A DNA stretch of 63,994 nucleotides, counting the filler, from Collodictyon triciliatum (Eukaryota), in assembly GCA_043381765.1 (NCBI GenBank). It is 16 parts of 16 records of this genome, joined end to end, with 100 filler letters (N's around TTAATTAATTAA, not from the genome) between each part and the next. Parts side by side here need not be neighbours in the genome. Positions count along the whole stretch, not along the records: positions 8,361 to 12,436 come from JBHJMP010006518.1; positions 12,537 to 16,611 come from JBHJMP010006519.1; positions 16,712 to 20,786 come from JBHJMP010006520.1; positions 20,887 to 25,010 come from JBHJMP010006521.1; positions 25,111 to 29,180 come from JBHJMP010006522.1; 11 more parts are not named here. One strand, 5' to 3'. Below the pieces are notes generated by a model. That model ran no database searches. It saw only the letters and a list, made by a program, of their open reading frames with translations, and had not been told where the DNA came from. Both the position numbers and the translations under genes were made by a program. Positions 11,878 through 25,347 of the stretch are shown here, piece by piece; within the stretch, counting starts at the first letter, position 1; each line of letters begins with the position of its first letter.

Positions 11878-12309
11878 GGGATCTTTGCGCACAGGTTTGT
11901 TTGTTTGCTTGCTTGCTTGTATGGCTCGGGCAAGGTCACCTATACTCCAGCTGTATGTGGGGCTGAGTTATCACTGCTGTCGAGGATTGCAAGCTCTCTA
12001 GTTTTTCAAGCGTTCTCTTGTTTATGTTTTGTTTCATTATAAGACTAAACGTGTTTCTAAAAAGAGTCGGCAGCATACGGCTCTTCTTTTTCCACGCTTC
12101 TGGGAACATCGGGCTTCGCTCTAAGGTGTAACAAAAACGCGCCGCCGGCTCGATCGAAATCCAATCGAAAATACATTCTCCAAGGACAAAAATGAGCTGT
12201 GGACAAGACAGCGGAAAACCCCGCATTGTGTGGTTGGAGTTTTTGTGTTTTGGGTGAAGAGAAAAACAAAAACAAAAACAAAAACAAAAAGAAAATAGAA
12301 ATGAGAAGA

Positions 12310-12436
12310 GGAAGTGTTCTCACACGCAGACTATTCTACCCGAGGTGAATCAGCTCCAACGCGATTTCTGGTTGTATTCGAGACTGACAGAAGAGCGGAT
12401 AAAGTTGTTGGGTCGATGAAAGTACGCACATGGCAG
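12310..12436 (-). mobile_element. Short fragment of the same repeat family as 38845-38960
   Basis: Reverse complement reads GCCATGTGCGTACTTTTCATCGACCCAACAACTTTATCCGCTCT..., matching 38847-38900. Confidence 0.7.
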
Positions 12437-13040
12437 NNNNNNNNNNNNNNNNNNNNNNNNNNNNNNNNNNNNNNNNNNNNTTAATTAATTAANNNNNNNN
12501 NNNNNNNNNNNNNNNNNNNNNNNNNNNNNNNNNNNNTTTTTTTTTTTTTTTGTTTTTTTGTTTGTTTTGTTCTGTTTTATTTTCGATTCAGCGATTCCGT
12601 TTTTATCTTTTTTTGTTTTCCTTTAGCATTCGTTTCTGGTCGAGCGTTGCGTTTGATTTTGCAGCACCGAATAAAGTCATGTAAAATAATCCTTAATGTG
12701 GAATTTATACCGTAAATACGCGCGTAGGACAAGAGCAGTCGCTACTCCATCATTTCACACCAAACCTCAAGCGCGTTGTTTGTCCACAAAACAGAATTCT
12801 TATTCTGATAAACAAAACGAATTATTTTAGGCTGTCTGCGATATTTTTGCAGCAAGCGGTGGGCAACCTTTTTTTATCTTCTTGAATAAAAGAGTTTTGC
12901 TTGTGGAAAGAAGGATATTTCGGCGCGGTCAGTTCGGTAATTAATCTCTTATCCAAGGCATGAAAAATAAGGATAACAAAATTAAGTTTATTCAATTTTG
13001 GGAGTTGAGGAAGCAAAAGAAGAGCTCCCAACGCCACTTG

Positions 13041-14005
13041 TCATGAAGGTGGATGCCAATGTTGCTGCGTTGGGACACTTCTTCGATTGGAGGTTCGAGC
13101 ACCGTATAAATCCACGAGTCGCTGGATAGAGAACTTGATTGTGTTCAGTGCTTCAAAGTAGGCTTGATCATCAGACGAAGAATGGAAAGACCGTTTTCTG
13201 TGTGAACTTGGTGAATCAGGCTGCAAACGGGATTGGTGAGCCATTGGAGTTAAAGTTGGTACAGGGCGAACTTCATTGCCAGTTCGGGTGGTGAGGACTG
13301 AAGAGAATTGATACGGCTTGAATGGATCTGTATTTTGCTCTTTCCTCTCACGAGGGTGAGATGCATCACTCTCCGCAGCATCGCCAATAGTAGCTCTTCG
13401 TAATGTGCGAACATGGTGGACTGTTTCGTTTGCCCTAGATTCATCCAAGGTAGTGTTCCTTCTGCTAGTCTTTCGGTGCGGGGTTACTTTAAAAGTGGGT
13501 GATGATGTACTATTCGTGAGCGTAGAGTCAGTTGCAGGATGCTGGGAGGGTGCCGAAAGATCTGTAGAATTCTGTCTTCCCCCTCTGATAATGTCTGTCT
13601 GTTTGGATACTCTTCGAACCCGAAAGTCTCGAAATGAAACTGGGGTGCGGGTGTGGCCCAGGCTCTTACTCGAACGTAGCGTGCGACCACCAGGTTTATG
13701 GCCTGATATAAAACAAGTCCCATAAAGTTTTTTTTTTTAAAAAAAAAAAGTCTCCTACACTAGTCATGAGGAATCAGAAGTCATTCAATCATTAGGAATA
13801 TGGTAATTTTTAAGGTTTATATTACTTGAAAAAGGTATCGTAAAATATGATGGCTAGAATCACAATTTATAGTTCATCTCCCCATCGCAGTGAAATGATA
13901 TGCCATGTTAAAAGTAAATTACACTTACTGCCCATGTATATTTGTCCATATGTACGCGATTCCCGAATGGAAGTCTCTAAGGTTTGTTTGTGGGTTGTTT
14001 CTATC

Positions 14006-14101
<96 letters not shown>

Positions 14102-15454
14102 TTTAATAAAAAAAAACCATTTCAAGCTAAATAAGTTCAGTGATAGAAGGACTAGTAATGTAGAGACAAAATACCTTTTGAGAGTACTTCAATGACAGCT
14201 ATGTTAGACTATATTTGGTGAAGTTAGATATCCATTTACAGCAGCAAATAAGCATCAACAGTTGAAGTAGTCGATACTTATTTTGGAAAGAATGCAGAGG
14301 AATCTATATGCGCATTGAATTATGCTTTTAACAAGAAAAAAAAACCTCAAACAGAAGCGATAATCGATAAAACCGGTCTCTTATAGACTTCCATGTTCTC
14401 TTAAATCCCAATTCATCCATTTTTCTGGCCGTTCTTTCCCATAGTTGGACATCGTTTTCATTCCTTCCAAGATTCTTCAATTTATGAAAATATAGAGTTA
14501 AAATCAATAATTGGCTATCAAAATGAGAAAATCCAATCATATGATGATAACGAGCAAACCCTCGCTTTAGACGCTTTTTTCGAGGGTTTTTGTAAATAAT
14601 TACAGAGTAGATATGCAAATGAAAGGAGTAAAAAGAAAATAAATACACCAGAAGGCGTGAATTTCATATATACACTTGAATATCCATTCAGAGATCAAGA
14701 ACTTAAACAAAAAGACAACGAAAACATAGAAAATCGAACACATCTAAATACCAATAATAGACGAGACGTGTGCAAAGCAAAAATTAATAAATCAAGATTC
14801 ATCAGAATATTTATCAATCTGAAATGTGAAGAAAAAAATCTCACTAAAATTCGGCGTGAGGTGAAAAAAAATTCTGGAAAAAAAAGCCGTAAATCACGAT
14901 AACTTTGTAATAATATTGTTATAATATTTTCTACTCCAAGAAATTTAAATATACTCAGGACAGTATTTTTTTTATATTTTTTTTTGTGTGTGTATGTGTA
15001 TGTGTATGTTTTTTTTATTTTTGTTATTTGATTTGTATAAGATTATTACTTCAAAACGTTCATCACCAAGCTCAGTGCGGATCAATTTGAGCTCTTTCAG
15101 TAAAAACTGGAGCTCATCCTCCGTCCACACACGAGAAGGTGCTGCATCGACATCCTTCTGGTCCACTTCGGGTGTGGATTCGGTACTGTCTTCGGACTCT
15201 GCACCGCTTGACTTCTTTCCATTCCCCTCATCGACGGCCCCACGCGTTGAATTCCTGCTGCGTTGTTCTCTGGGCTGTGGAAAGTCAGGAGCTGCATTCT
15301 TTGCAGGTTTCTGGTCTCTGACAACTCGCAATTCTCTCGCGGCCCTGATAGCTACTCCTCCGTTATACGCTCTTGTCGGCCGGGATAATCTCTTTGTTCG
15401 GCGTCCAGCTTCTTCGTGAGAGGACAATCTCAGCGATCGACTGCGAAGCCTCAT
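13041..15454 (-). CDS. Myb/SANT-like (trihelix-type) DNA-binding protein, multi-exon
   Basis: Spliced domain RVWTEDELQFLLKELK...LWERTARKMDELGFKRTWKSIRDRFYRL fits the Myb_DNA-bind_4/trihelix pattern; small internal exons (e.g. 14198-14175) and a long S/T-rich last exon from about 13706 to 13041. Confidence 0.75.
14006..14100 (+). repeat. (CTTT)n intronic microsatellite
   Basis: Directly visible. Confidence 0.95.
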
Positions 15455-16366
15455 GACAAAACCCACACCTTTGCCGCAAAAAGAAAAACAAATCCTTTTA
15501 ATAGGCGGTGTAAACGAAAGGATGAAAAGAAAAAAGAAAAAAGAAAAAAGAAAAGAGCTATATTTCATCTTATACGCAGCACGATAAGATGGAGTCAGTT
15601 TTAGCGAAAAAAAGACATATTGTTGCATTATTATATCCATGCGGGTGATTCCTGGCCTGATTAATACTTCCCCGGGTTACACTTCACACCCGCCAACGCC
15701 CGAAACCAACCACGATAATTAAAAACAGGAAAAGAAAAATGACCGCATCGACAACCAAAACACAAAAAAACCTCAGCATCTGAAGTATATCCAACTTTGA
15801 AATTTCCAGAAACATCTTACATTTATGGAAAATATTAAAATACTATAAACTTCTTCCATAAATTCTATTACATCGCAATGTGAATGGCTAAATTACTGCC
15901 AATAACCAATTTTGTAACTAGATAAATTATTTGGATGTCTCGCCCGTCTTTTCCTTCGCTTCTCCGTTACTTTGCGCGTGTTGCAATTGTTGCTTGCCCC
16001 ATTACTTTAATCTTTTTCTTTCTCGTTATTCTAACTACCTCTTTTTTTTGTGTGTGTTTGTTTTCGATTACTGTCCACTGGTTATTTTGGCGTTCTACTT
16101 CCTTTTTTCCCATCGTCTCGTTATTTTTTATGTTCTCTTATTTCAAGAAAAAGAAAAAGAAAAAAGAAAAAGAAAAAAGAAAAAAGAAAAAAAGAAAAAA
16201 GAAAAAAGAAAAAAGAAAAAAGAAAAAAGAAAAAAGAAAAAAGAAAAAAGAAAAAAGAAAAAAGAAAAAAGAAAAAATAACGAAAAATCCCAAGTACCTT
16301 CACCTTTTGCTTTGAAAATATTCATCATTTTTTTTAAAAAAAAAAGAAAAAAAGGGTTTCTGTTTC

Positions 16367-16507
16367 ATGGCCGTCTTTGAGACTCTTCTCAGCAAACGTG
16401 GACCGCGCTCCGTCCTCGAGCGACTGGATTTGGTTCCACAGCTTTCTCTCGAAGACTCCTTCGATGATTCACCGGCCTTTCGCGAGAAGCTGTCCTCTGT
16501 GAACTCT
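16367..16507 (+). CDS. First exon of a BAR-domain protein (ACAP/APPL/oligophrenin-type BAR N-terminus); the rest is off-contig
   Basis: ATG-started exon ending at a GT; encodes LSLEDSFDDSPAFREKL, matching the DSPxFR motif at the start of these BAR domains. Confidence 0.65.
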
Positions 16508-16898
16508 GTAATGTGTTTCTCAAACTAGAACACCATGATCTCATCTTCAATACCTGCTCTAGAACAAAGATCTACCTCTAGAAAAAAAAAAGAACAAAAA
16601 AAGAGAACAAANNNNNNNNNNNNNNNNNNNNNNNNNNNNNNNNNNNNNNNNNNNNTTAATTAATTAANNNNNNNNNNNNNNNNNNNNNNNNNNNNNNNNN
16701 NNNNNNNNNNNCCCCCCCCCCCCCCCCTTTATTCGATTCAAAGATTTAATGAGACAAGCTAACTTTTTCAATCAATTACCTTTTTTCTCATTTGTCTAAT
16801 TTTTCGTAAAAGTAGAAATATCTATGAACCAAATATTTTTCCATCCAACAATAAAAAAAAAAATTCATGCTCTCGTCTCACACTGATTCTCTGATTAG

Positions 16899-19800
16899 TG
16901 GCAAGTGTGTGATATTCTGTTATTCCACAAAGAAAGAATATTACAAAAAGTTCCTCTACGAAGCCCTTCCAATCGAGGTAATATTTATTTTCTTGATTTA
17001 ATCACATCAGCCGATTAGCCACAGAATAATTGATCCCGCATGGTTGTATTCGATTCTTTTTCTTGAGCCTTGTGATATGAAAAGAAAAAACATCATATTT
17101 CTGACGAAAACAAATACACTATTAACTACCTTATAGTCCCATTTGGATCACTTTATTCATGACCATATGAACGCCGAGATTGTTTCCAAGAACATCCAAA
17201 ATAGCGAAGACGCGGTAGACTTTTTGACATGGACATTCCTATACCGCCGATTGACTCAAAATCCCAACTATTACAATATGCAAGGTAAGAACATTATGTG
17301 GGACTCAAAAACAAAAACAATATCATTAATAATGTTAACAAAGTGTCTCTCTTACTGTGAATGTGGTTAATAAAGCGCAAATATAAATAGGCGTAACCCA
17401 CCGTCACATTTCTGACCACCTTTCGGAATTGGTGGAAACGACATTTACGTAAGACCCTAGACATGCATATACATCCAAAAGGCTCGGATGACAATCTACT
17501 TCGTACAGTAATTTTTTGTCCTAATACCGAGTGTAAACTGATTTAACTCTTTGACTCACAGTGACCTGAAACAATCTGGCTGTATTGAAGTAGATGACGA
17601 AATGAATGTATCTCCGCTCAACATCGGCATGATTGCCGCTTTTTACTGTATTTTTTAAATAAGCGAATCAACATATACTTCCCTTTGTATACTATTTTAT
17701 AATTAAGTTCTAATGGGATCACTCGATATGCTACAGACATTCGCTACACCACTGTAGAGCTGTTTGATGCTTCCATCAAGGCAAACACTAAGCTAAGAGG
17801 TAAGTTTGGCTCCGTGAGGAGATATCAATTGAAAAGAAATTCATGCAAACTTTTCTTTCAGGTGATTGTTTCATTCAGGGACTAATTCTATTTATTTTTT
17901 ACACTATCTGAAAGGTTTCATCGAAATCGTTTCATCAGCAGTCGAGTTTAGTGAGCTCCCCATGAGACAAAAGGAAGATTCCATCCTTCAAAATGTAACT
18001 TTTATAACATAAAACAATTTCCCTCTTGAATATCAGAAACACGCATGTAGCAAGCCTTGGAAAGAAAAAATAAACTAATAAAAATCACTGAACAATCCTG
18101 ACATTTTTAGTAAGATATATTTATCCAACGGCCTCATATGATTCACAGAACAGAGGCACACATGATGACTTATCTTTATTCATATTAATTAAATCTATGC
18201 TTTATGTAAAAAAGTTCGCACTGCATTTGCCACTCAAGATTGAGAATCCAAAGTTTACAGACCCACACACCAAAGCAAATATTCTCCTGCAGTGTTTCTT
18301 CTCGTATAAGTTTATTTGATCATGTACAAGGTTCATGTAAGCCCCACCCATTGCCTTTTTTTTTAACTCTTGATTCATTCTGCAGTCGTATCAAGCTTCC
18401 TGATGAACTCATTTCCGATCAATTGGTTGTTGTCCATACCGCTACGAAGTTAATCAAAGCAATGGTTGACGTTATCAGCAGCCGAAGTAAAAAGAAAAAA
18501 AACTGACAAAATAACGTTAGAAATACCTCTTTCTTCAAAGGCATCATTATTGATTAGTCACCTAGTCTATTAAAATATCGCATATTTCTTGAACTTTTTT
18601 TTCCTAATGGACATTCCCTTTTATGCTGCTGTTTACAATAACTCAAAGATTGGCTGAACCCTGCTTTGATTGCCATGGAACTTGCACAAATGACCACACA
18701 GGCGATTTGGAACACGGACTCACCATTAAAGCAAGTCCCTCACTTCACCCCCGAGCTGATTGAGCGTTGTACAAAGCAGGTACCCGCCATGCGTAAATCC
18801 CAAAACATATGCATATCTAGTCTTGTTTATTTGTTTTAATTCGGTTTTTTTTTTTTTTTAACAAATTAAGAGATTATCTTTCATACCCAAAAAGCAAATA
18901 TTCACCTATCGTACTATCTTGTCCTATTCTCTTTTTCTTCCCACTTTTCTTTTTCTACTCGCTAATTACTTCGCTGTGCGTTATCCCCCTTTTTTTTTTT
19001 TTTTAAAAAAAAAAAACGCTGCATGTCCAATTCAATATTTAAATGGTTTTGTGTGCACAGGGTGTTGAGTCTGTATTTGACCTGATTGAAATGGAGGACG
19101 AAGCTCGCGTCCAGCTCCTCAATATGTCGCCCGCCCAGTTGCAAAATGTTGCTCGTTTCTGCAATCGTTTCCCAAACATCGAGCTGAACTACACCGCACC
19201 TGTAAGTGTACCACAGCAACATCAGCACCGGTTTAATCTCTCTTTTTTTTCTTTTCTTCTCTCGTTAAAGTTGTGATAAGAAATAGGCATATACACATAT
19301 TCCAGGCCAGGTACATAAACCAGAAAGCCGTGAATAAAAAACGAGCTTTGGTTGCAACAGATTGCACTCCATTTTTATTTTCCTTTCAGGGAGAGCAAAT
19401 CACCCATTACCTCGACAAATTCGCACATGTGTTCATAGGAGGAGGCTGTCGCAGGCTCGAGTGCTGTTATTGGCTTACAGATTGAACGCGATTCAGACCA
19501 AGAGCTTGGTCGTGTTGAGTCATCCTTCTACGGACAAGTAGTTCACACAAATACACAAATGCCAATGCAAATGCACAACTACACATCCACACCCGAATGC
19601 ACACAAATCCAAACAAAAAAAAAAGAAAAAAGAAAGAAAAAACAAAGCAAAACAAAAAACAAAAACAGAAAAAACATACAACTCTGACTTGACTAAACGA
19701 CCCCGACTGCTGCCGTAGGAAAAGGATGAAGGCTGGTGGGTCGTCCTGGGCACCCAGTCCACAAACTCCATCCTGTCGATCCGCAAGCTCAACATCAAGC

Positions 19801-19958
19801 GCAGACACAACATGAAGCTCGAGTTCACCGCCCCCGACCCCGGAACACACGACCTGACAATCTACCTCATCAGCGACTCGTACGCCGGATGCGACCAAGA
19901 ATACAACGCTCAGGTCCGCACAACAGCGGGCATGGACGACGGAAGCGAGGAGCAATAA
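16899..19958 (+). CDS. SNRNP200: U5 snRNP 200 kDa helicase BRR2, C-terminal part (second cassette/Sec63 domain), about 12 GT-AG exons
   Basis: Spliced translation [32 protein letters not shown]...[36 protein letters not shown]...[11 protein letters not shown]...[20 protein letters not shown]...NRFPNIEL...EGWWVVLG...[11 protein letters not shown]; ends in TAA. Confidence 0.95.
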
Positions 19959-20486
19959 GCAGCGGGAAAGCAGCCCGCTTAAAGCACGGCATCTGCAGCC
20001 GCGGAGCAAGAGAGCGTCTTCCCCATTCTCACTTTTCTTTTCGTTCCTTTTTTCCTTTCTCTCTCTTTCTCGCCTGTAGGTTCTTCTTGTTCTTACAGAG
20101 GGAGGCAAGAAGAAAAGGGGACAAAGATAATGATAAACCCTTCACACGGAGCAAATCCCTAATATCTGAAGAGCCACTTTCAATGCATCCAGAAACGCAA
20201 AGGACAGCCAAACGCGCGAGAAACATGGCACGCATCGCACTACTTTCTTCGTGGTATTCACATTCTCTTTCTCATCAATACTTCATTCTGCGATGCATGT
20301 CCTATTTTTCTTTTTCTTTTCCATTTTCTTTTTCTTTTGTGGCCACCTTCGATGTTGCCGCTGTTGCTCTGCTAGAAGCAGAGAGCGAGTTGTTTGGGTC
20401 TTGCTGGACTGAAGCAGGTGTGTGCCTCTGCGGCGCGTGAAAAAAACGAGTAGCGTCGCCTTCTCCGTTCTTTGTGCGCGCTCTGT

Positions 20487-20534
20487 TTAGTCCCGCAGTC
20501 GGCGCATAAGTTCTTTCCATAGCAGCTTTCGCTC
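20487..20534 (-). CDS. Possible short terminal exon of a convergent gene (ERKLLWKELMRRLRD*)
   Basis: Follows a CAG acceptor after an intron-like repeat tract; no homology recognised. Confidence 0.25.
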   Translation of the reverse strand, partial: ERKLLWKELMRRLRD

Positions 20535-20735
20535 CTGGCGGGGTTGGTTGGTTGGTTGGTTGGTTGGTTGGTTAAATCCCACGAATATAATATTTTGTTC
20601 ATGTTGGGATGACACATGGAACATGCACAGATTAACAGAAAAATAAATATAGAGAAGTTCTTCAAAACAAAAAAGAGGGGTCAAGATAAAGAAAAAAAAG
20701 AAAAAAAAGAAAAAAAAGAAAAAAAAGAAAAAAAA

Positions 20736-20786
<51 letters not shown>

Positions 20787-22374
20787 NNNNNNNNNNNNNN
20801 NNNNNNNNNNNNNNNNNNNNNNNNNNNNNNTTAATTAATTAANNNNNNNNNNNNNNNNNNNNNNNNNNNNNNNNNNNNNNNNNNNNTTGCGTATTTCTAT
20901 GCGCCTAATGCCCTCTTTGGTATTTTTTTGAGAGTAAGATCGACGATATGCACTATGCAATAGTTGGCTAATGATTCATTTTTTTACAAAAGCCTGCTTA
21001 GGGAGTTTCTCTTCGCTTTCATTCATCGGTAAAGTCAAAAGCCTTTCAAAAGAATCGCTGTTTTCTCGAAAAAAAATCACACTTTATATTCCCTTATAAT
21101 TTAAGTTTTGAATAAATAAAAAAAACTAAGGAACGGATACTCCTGAATATAAATTCAACACGCATCGAATGTACATGTACTCTATGCAAGGGTAAGTTTT
21201 ATGCAGAAAAATATAAGAATGAAAAATTCTCCAAAAAAAAAGCACAAAGATTGTGGACGAAAGCTGACAGGTTGTCCGTATATACCTGGAAAACATGATA
21301 TACAAACTCTTGGGCCGTCTCATGACCACAAAGCATCCCAAATTATAGATACGATTACATGTTTTAAGTTTTACTGATTTATATTCATTTAGATAAGCAT
21401 CAGCTATGTAGTATTCGGTCTCCATAAACCACTCTTATATACCAATCTGGAGTAATTTGCAATATGTGTTGCATGTTAGATTAGTGTATGGTGTGATTTT
21501 TTTCCAGCANNNNNNNNNNNNNNNNNNNNNNNNNNNNNNNNNNNNNNNNNNNNNNNNNNNNNNNNNNNNNNNNNNNNNNNNNNNNNNNNNNNNNNNNNNN
21601 NNNNNNNNNNNNNNNNNNNNNNNNNNNNNNNNNNNNNNNNNNNNNNNNNNNNNNNNNNNNNNNNNNNNNNNNNNNNNNNNNNNNNNNNNNNNNNNNNNNN
21701 NNNNNNNNNNNNNNNNNNNNNNNNNNNNNNNNNNNNNNNNNNNNNNNNNNNNNNNNNNNNNNNNNNNNNNNNNNNNNNNNNNNNNNNNNNNNNNNNNNNN
21801 NNNNNNNNNNNNNNNNNNNNNNNNNNNNNNNNNNNNNNNNNNNNNNNNNNNNNNNNNNNNNNNNNNNNNNNNNNNNNNNNNNNNNNNNNNNNNNNNNNNN
21901 NNNNNNNNNNNNNNNNNNNNNNNNNNNNNNNNNNNNNNNNNNNNNNNNNNNNNNNNNNNNNNNNNNNNNNNNNNNNNNNNNNNNNNNNNNNNNNNNNNNN
22001 NNNNNNNNNNNNNNNNNNNNNNNNNNNNNNNNNNNNNNNNNNNNNNNNNNNNNNNNNNNNNNNNNNNNNNNNNNNNNNNNNNNNNNNNNNNNNNNNNNNN
22101 NNNNNNNNNNNNNNNNNNNNNNNNNNNNNNNNNNNNNNNNNNNNNNNNNNNNNNNNNNNNNNNNNNNNNNNNNNNNNNNNNNNNNNNNNNNNNNNNNNNN
22201 NNNNNNNNNNNNNNNNNNNNNNNNNNNNNNNNNNNNNNNNNNNNNNNNNNNNNNNNNNNNNNNNNNNNNNNNNNNNNNNNNNNNNNNNNNNNNNNNNNNN
22301 NNNNNNNNNNNNNNNNNNNNNNNNNNNNNNNNNNNNNNNNNNNNNNNNNNNNNNNNNNNNNNNNNNNNNNNNNN

Positions 22375-22599
22375 CTTGCATAAAATCGCTACACCTGCAT
22401 GTCTCTGTTGATTATCGTCACAGGACCACATTTGTGGACGTTTCCATATTTCATCATTGGTTAGATTGTCAGGGCTGAGCCATGTTTCTTGGAGGCAGAT
22501 GATATCTGCATGAGAGAAAAGAGCAGTGTTTAGGGCCTCTTTTCGTTTTTGAGTGTCTTTAATCCCCCTAACGTTCCACGACAGAACGTTAAAACGCAT
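22375..22599 (-). mobile_element. L1/Tx1-type non-LTR retrotransposon ORF2 N-terminus (APE endonuclease); runs into gap 21510-22374
   Basis: MRFNVLSWNVRGIKD..KR......ADIICLQETWL...AGVAILC are canonical APE-EN motifs. Confidence 0.9.
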
Positions 22600-22606
22600 T
22601 AATAAT

Positions 22607-23770
22607 CTATTGGCTTTTGGAGGCATCAGCACCCGGTGATTTAATCTCTCTGCTGGGGCTGGGTTGCTCAGAGTGGGATGGTTTACTCGAGTTATCCTTC
22701 ATTTGGCCGGTGTTATGATTGCTCGCGGTTCGGCCAGGATTTGTCGGATGGTTTTTTTTTAGAGTTGGGCTTTTGACTGTACCCCCTTTGTAGCTGGTGT
22801 GTTGGGAGATGCACTCTGTTGGCCACTAGAAACCCTCGGTTCCATTTTTTCTCCCGTATCCACGTGGTAGGCAGGGCCATCCATGTTTCCGCTTTCATTC
22901 TGGCTTGCTTTCTGGCTCGCTATGTTCGGTGGTGTACTTGACTGATTTATTCTCTTTTAATCGGGCGAGGATTAATCTTCGACGGTTTCGATCTTTTTTG
23001 GGGGCACCAGTGATTGCAGGATGAGTAACCGGTGTTTTATATTCATCTACGGTTCTTTTTCTTGGATAGGAAGGTGCTTCTCGCTGGGGAGTCGCAGGAA
23101 TTTCGAAAGCAGGTCTGCTCCCATAAACAGTACTTGAGGAGTAATTTGTCGTTCCCGAAGCTTCAAGGTGCTCGCTTTCTTCTCCAGCAGAACCTTCTAT
23201 GATGAGGACAGGTTGGATGGACTGTTGTTCTTCCAATCCCGAGTCTGGGACGTTGCTTCTTATGGATTGCGCAGTACTTGCTGAAGAAAGAGATTCTTGG
23301 GTGGTCCCAGGAGCCATGTCCTCTAAGGAGGTAGGCGGGTGTGGTTTGCTGGGTGCCATTATGCTGTTTCCCGATTCTGTTACCGAGTTGGCTTGGGTTT
23401 CCCTTTCCTCGGCATCTCTCCGTGATTTGAAGGTGATTTTGGTGAGATATCATCGAATTGGGGTGGTTGGGAATCTTGGAGGCTAGCGATGTTTCCTCCA
23501 CTTTCTCGAAGCCATTCCATTATTTCTACTGCTTTCTCCGTGTTCATTGGTGAACTTGATGAAGCACTTTCGGGCAAATCGCCTGGTGTTTCGTCCATTA
23601 TTTTCGATATCCATTTCTTGATTTTGGGGCTGCTCCTGAACCTTTGTCTTGATTGAGACTTTGAACACTTCATCCACGGGTTTTTTGTCAGGATGTCTCT
23701 CTCTGGCATTAGAGGACGACGCGTGTTGCCTTTGGCCTTGTTTGTGGGCTCTGGGATTGTTTTGCACAGA
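22607..23770 (-). mobile_element. Decayed ORF1 of the same LINE
   Basis: Long low-complexity frame with several stops; ends in TAG 7 nt upstream of the ORF2 ATG. Confidence 0.6.
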
Positions 23771-24009
23771 CGATTACTGATGATAGATTATTTTCCTCGC
23801 AAAACACTTCGTGTTAAGAGAAATGACAGTTTCTGCTCATAGCATGGTTAATCTCCATCTGATTTACTTGTTCGAGAGTACATCAATTGAAAGGCCAGAG
23901 ATAATTATCGATTCAATGATCAAGAACCAAAGCACAATAATCCTAAGCAAAGACAATTTGTGCATTTGCATTCCATATAGTCTGGATTTTTGACAACATA
24001 ACTAATATG

Positions 24010-24612
24010 CGGCTGCTTGTGGGAATGCACACTTTGCAGCAACGGTGACGAATCCATTGAGCACACATTTGTGCAATGTCCCTTCTCTCAAAACCTGCGC
24101 GAAACAGTCGGCGAGATTCTTCGACTAACACTCAAGACGGCTGCGGCTGTTTGTCCAATCCAGGCGATGTTTGGGCCTCTGCAACAACTGCGTCCAGATG
24201 CAAAAACACTCTGGGCGGTAACGCGAGGCCATTTGCTATGGACTATGTAGAGAGCGCGCATATACCCACGCAAAGCAAGACTCAACAACCCGCCACCCAT
24301 TCCTGATAATTGACCGATGACATCATACAAATCTCTTTCCTCAATAGCTTTCTTCGCCACCTGCACGTTCTCTACTCCTCAGACCCTGTGAGAAGAGACA
24401 TGTGGAAAGAGGCTGAGGAGGAGATTAAACATCGCCTTGTAACTCTCATGCAAGCACAAGACCCGGGCTACAGGCCAAACCGCAGGATGCGATTCCTGAT
24501 TACCAACTACTTCTCCACCACCCGGCCACCAAGAAGCGCCCATGCAAACGATGGATAGTAAATCAAGGCCAGACTCATCCTTTGTTATTTGCACAAATTC
24601 AAAATAAAAAAA
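24010..24612 (+). mobile_element. 5'-truncated LINE 3' end (family A): zf-RVT CCHC domain and 3' UTR
   Basis: CTLCSNGDESIEHTFVQC zinc finger; in-frame stops; second copy at 63327-63720. Confidence 0.85.
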
Positions 24613-25347
24613 TAGGCAATTGCGAGACAAACAAGCTGAATCTCTGGCAGCAGCAAAAAAAACGCCAGAGAATTGATACCTCATATGAAATGATTGCATA
24701 TTTATAATATTCTAAAGTCCTCTCTGGCTCGCGAAACGAAGTGCCCACGCTCTCAAGAAATAAAGAGAAGAAAAGAAAGTGGAAAAAGAAAAGAAAAGAA
24801 AAGAAAAGGATAATAGGCCGATGTGATCGGCCAGGAACTATTCTTGTCATGCAACTCATATCCGCAAATGCGCACCATATTCCCCTCATTCCTTTCTTTT
24901 TCTTTCTCTTTCTCTTCTTTCTTTTTCTTTTTCTTTTTCTTTTTCTTTTTCTTTTTCTTTTTCTTTTTCTTTTTCTTTTTCTTTTTCTTTTTCTTTTTCT
25001 TTTTCTTTTTNNNNNNNNNNNNNNNNNNNNNNNNNNNNNNNNNNNNNNNNNNNNTTAATTAATTAANNNNNNNNNNNNNNNNNNNNNNNNNNNNNNNNNN
25101 NNNNNNNNNNTCTGCCACAACGGGATGCAAAAAAACATAAAAACTACTTTCAAAAAAAACCAAACTCGGTGGGCGGTTGCTTCCGGCTGGGCTATCCTTT
25201 CTCCCTGCGCAACCATCGCTATTTTTTTTCATCGTGACATACCAAGCAGTTTTTGTGTCATGGCACATAGGCAACTTCTTTTTATCTCGGCTGATAATCG
25301 TGTTGAAAGCGTATTTCTGAATCCGAAAAAAAATGTCATAAGCAGGT

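Noticed and set aside
10489-22383. Long ORFs running through N gaps or microsatellites (poly-X, FCFVL, KEGR, poly-N/I/Y)
   Set aside because: Artifacts of gaps and simple repeats.
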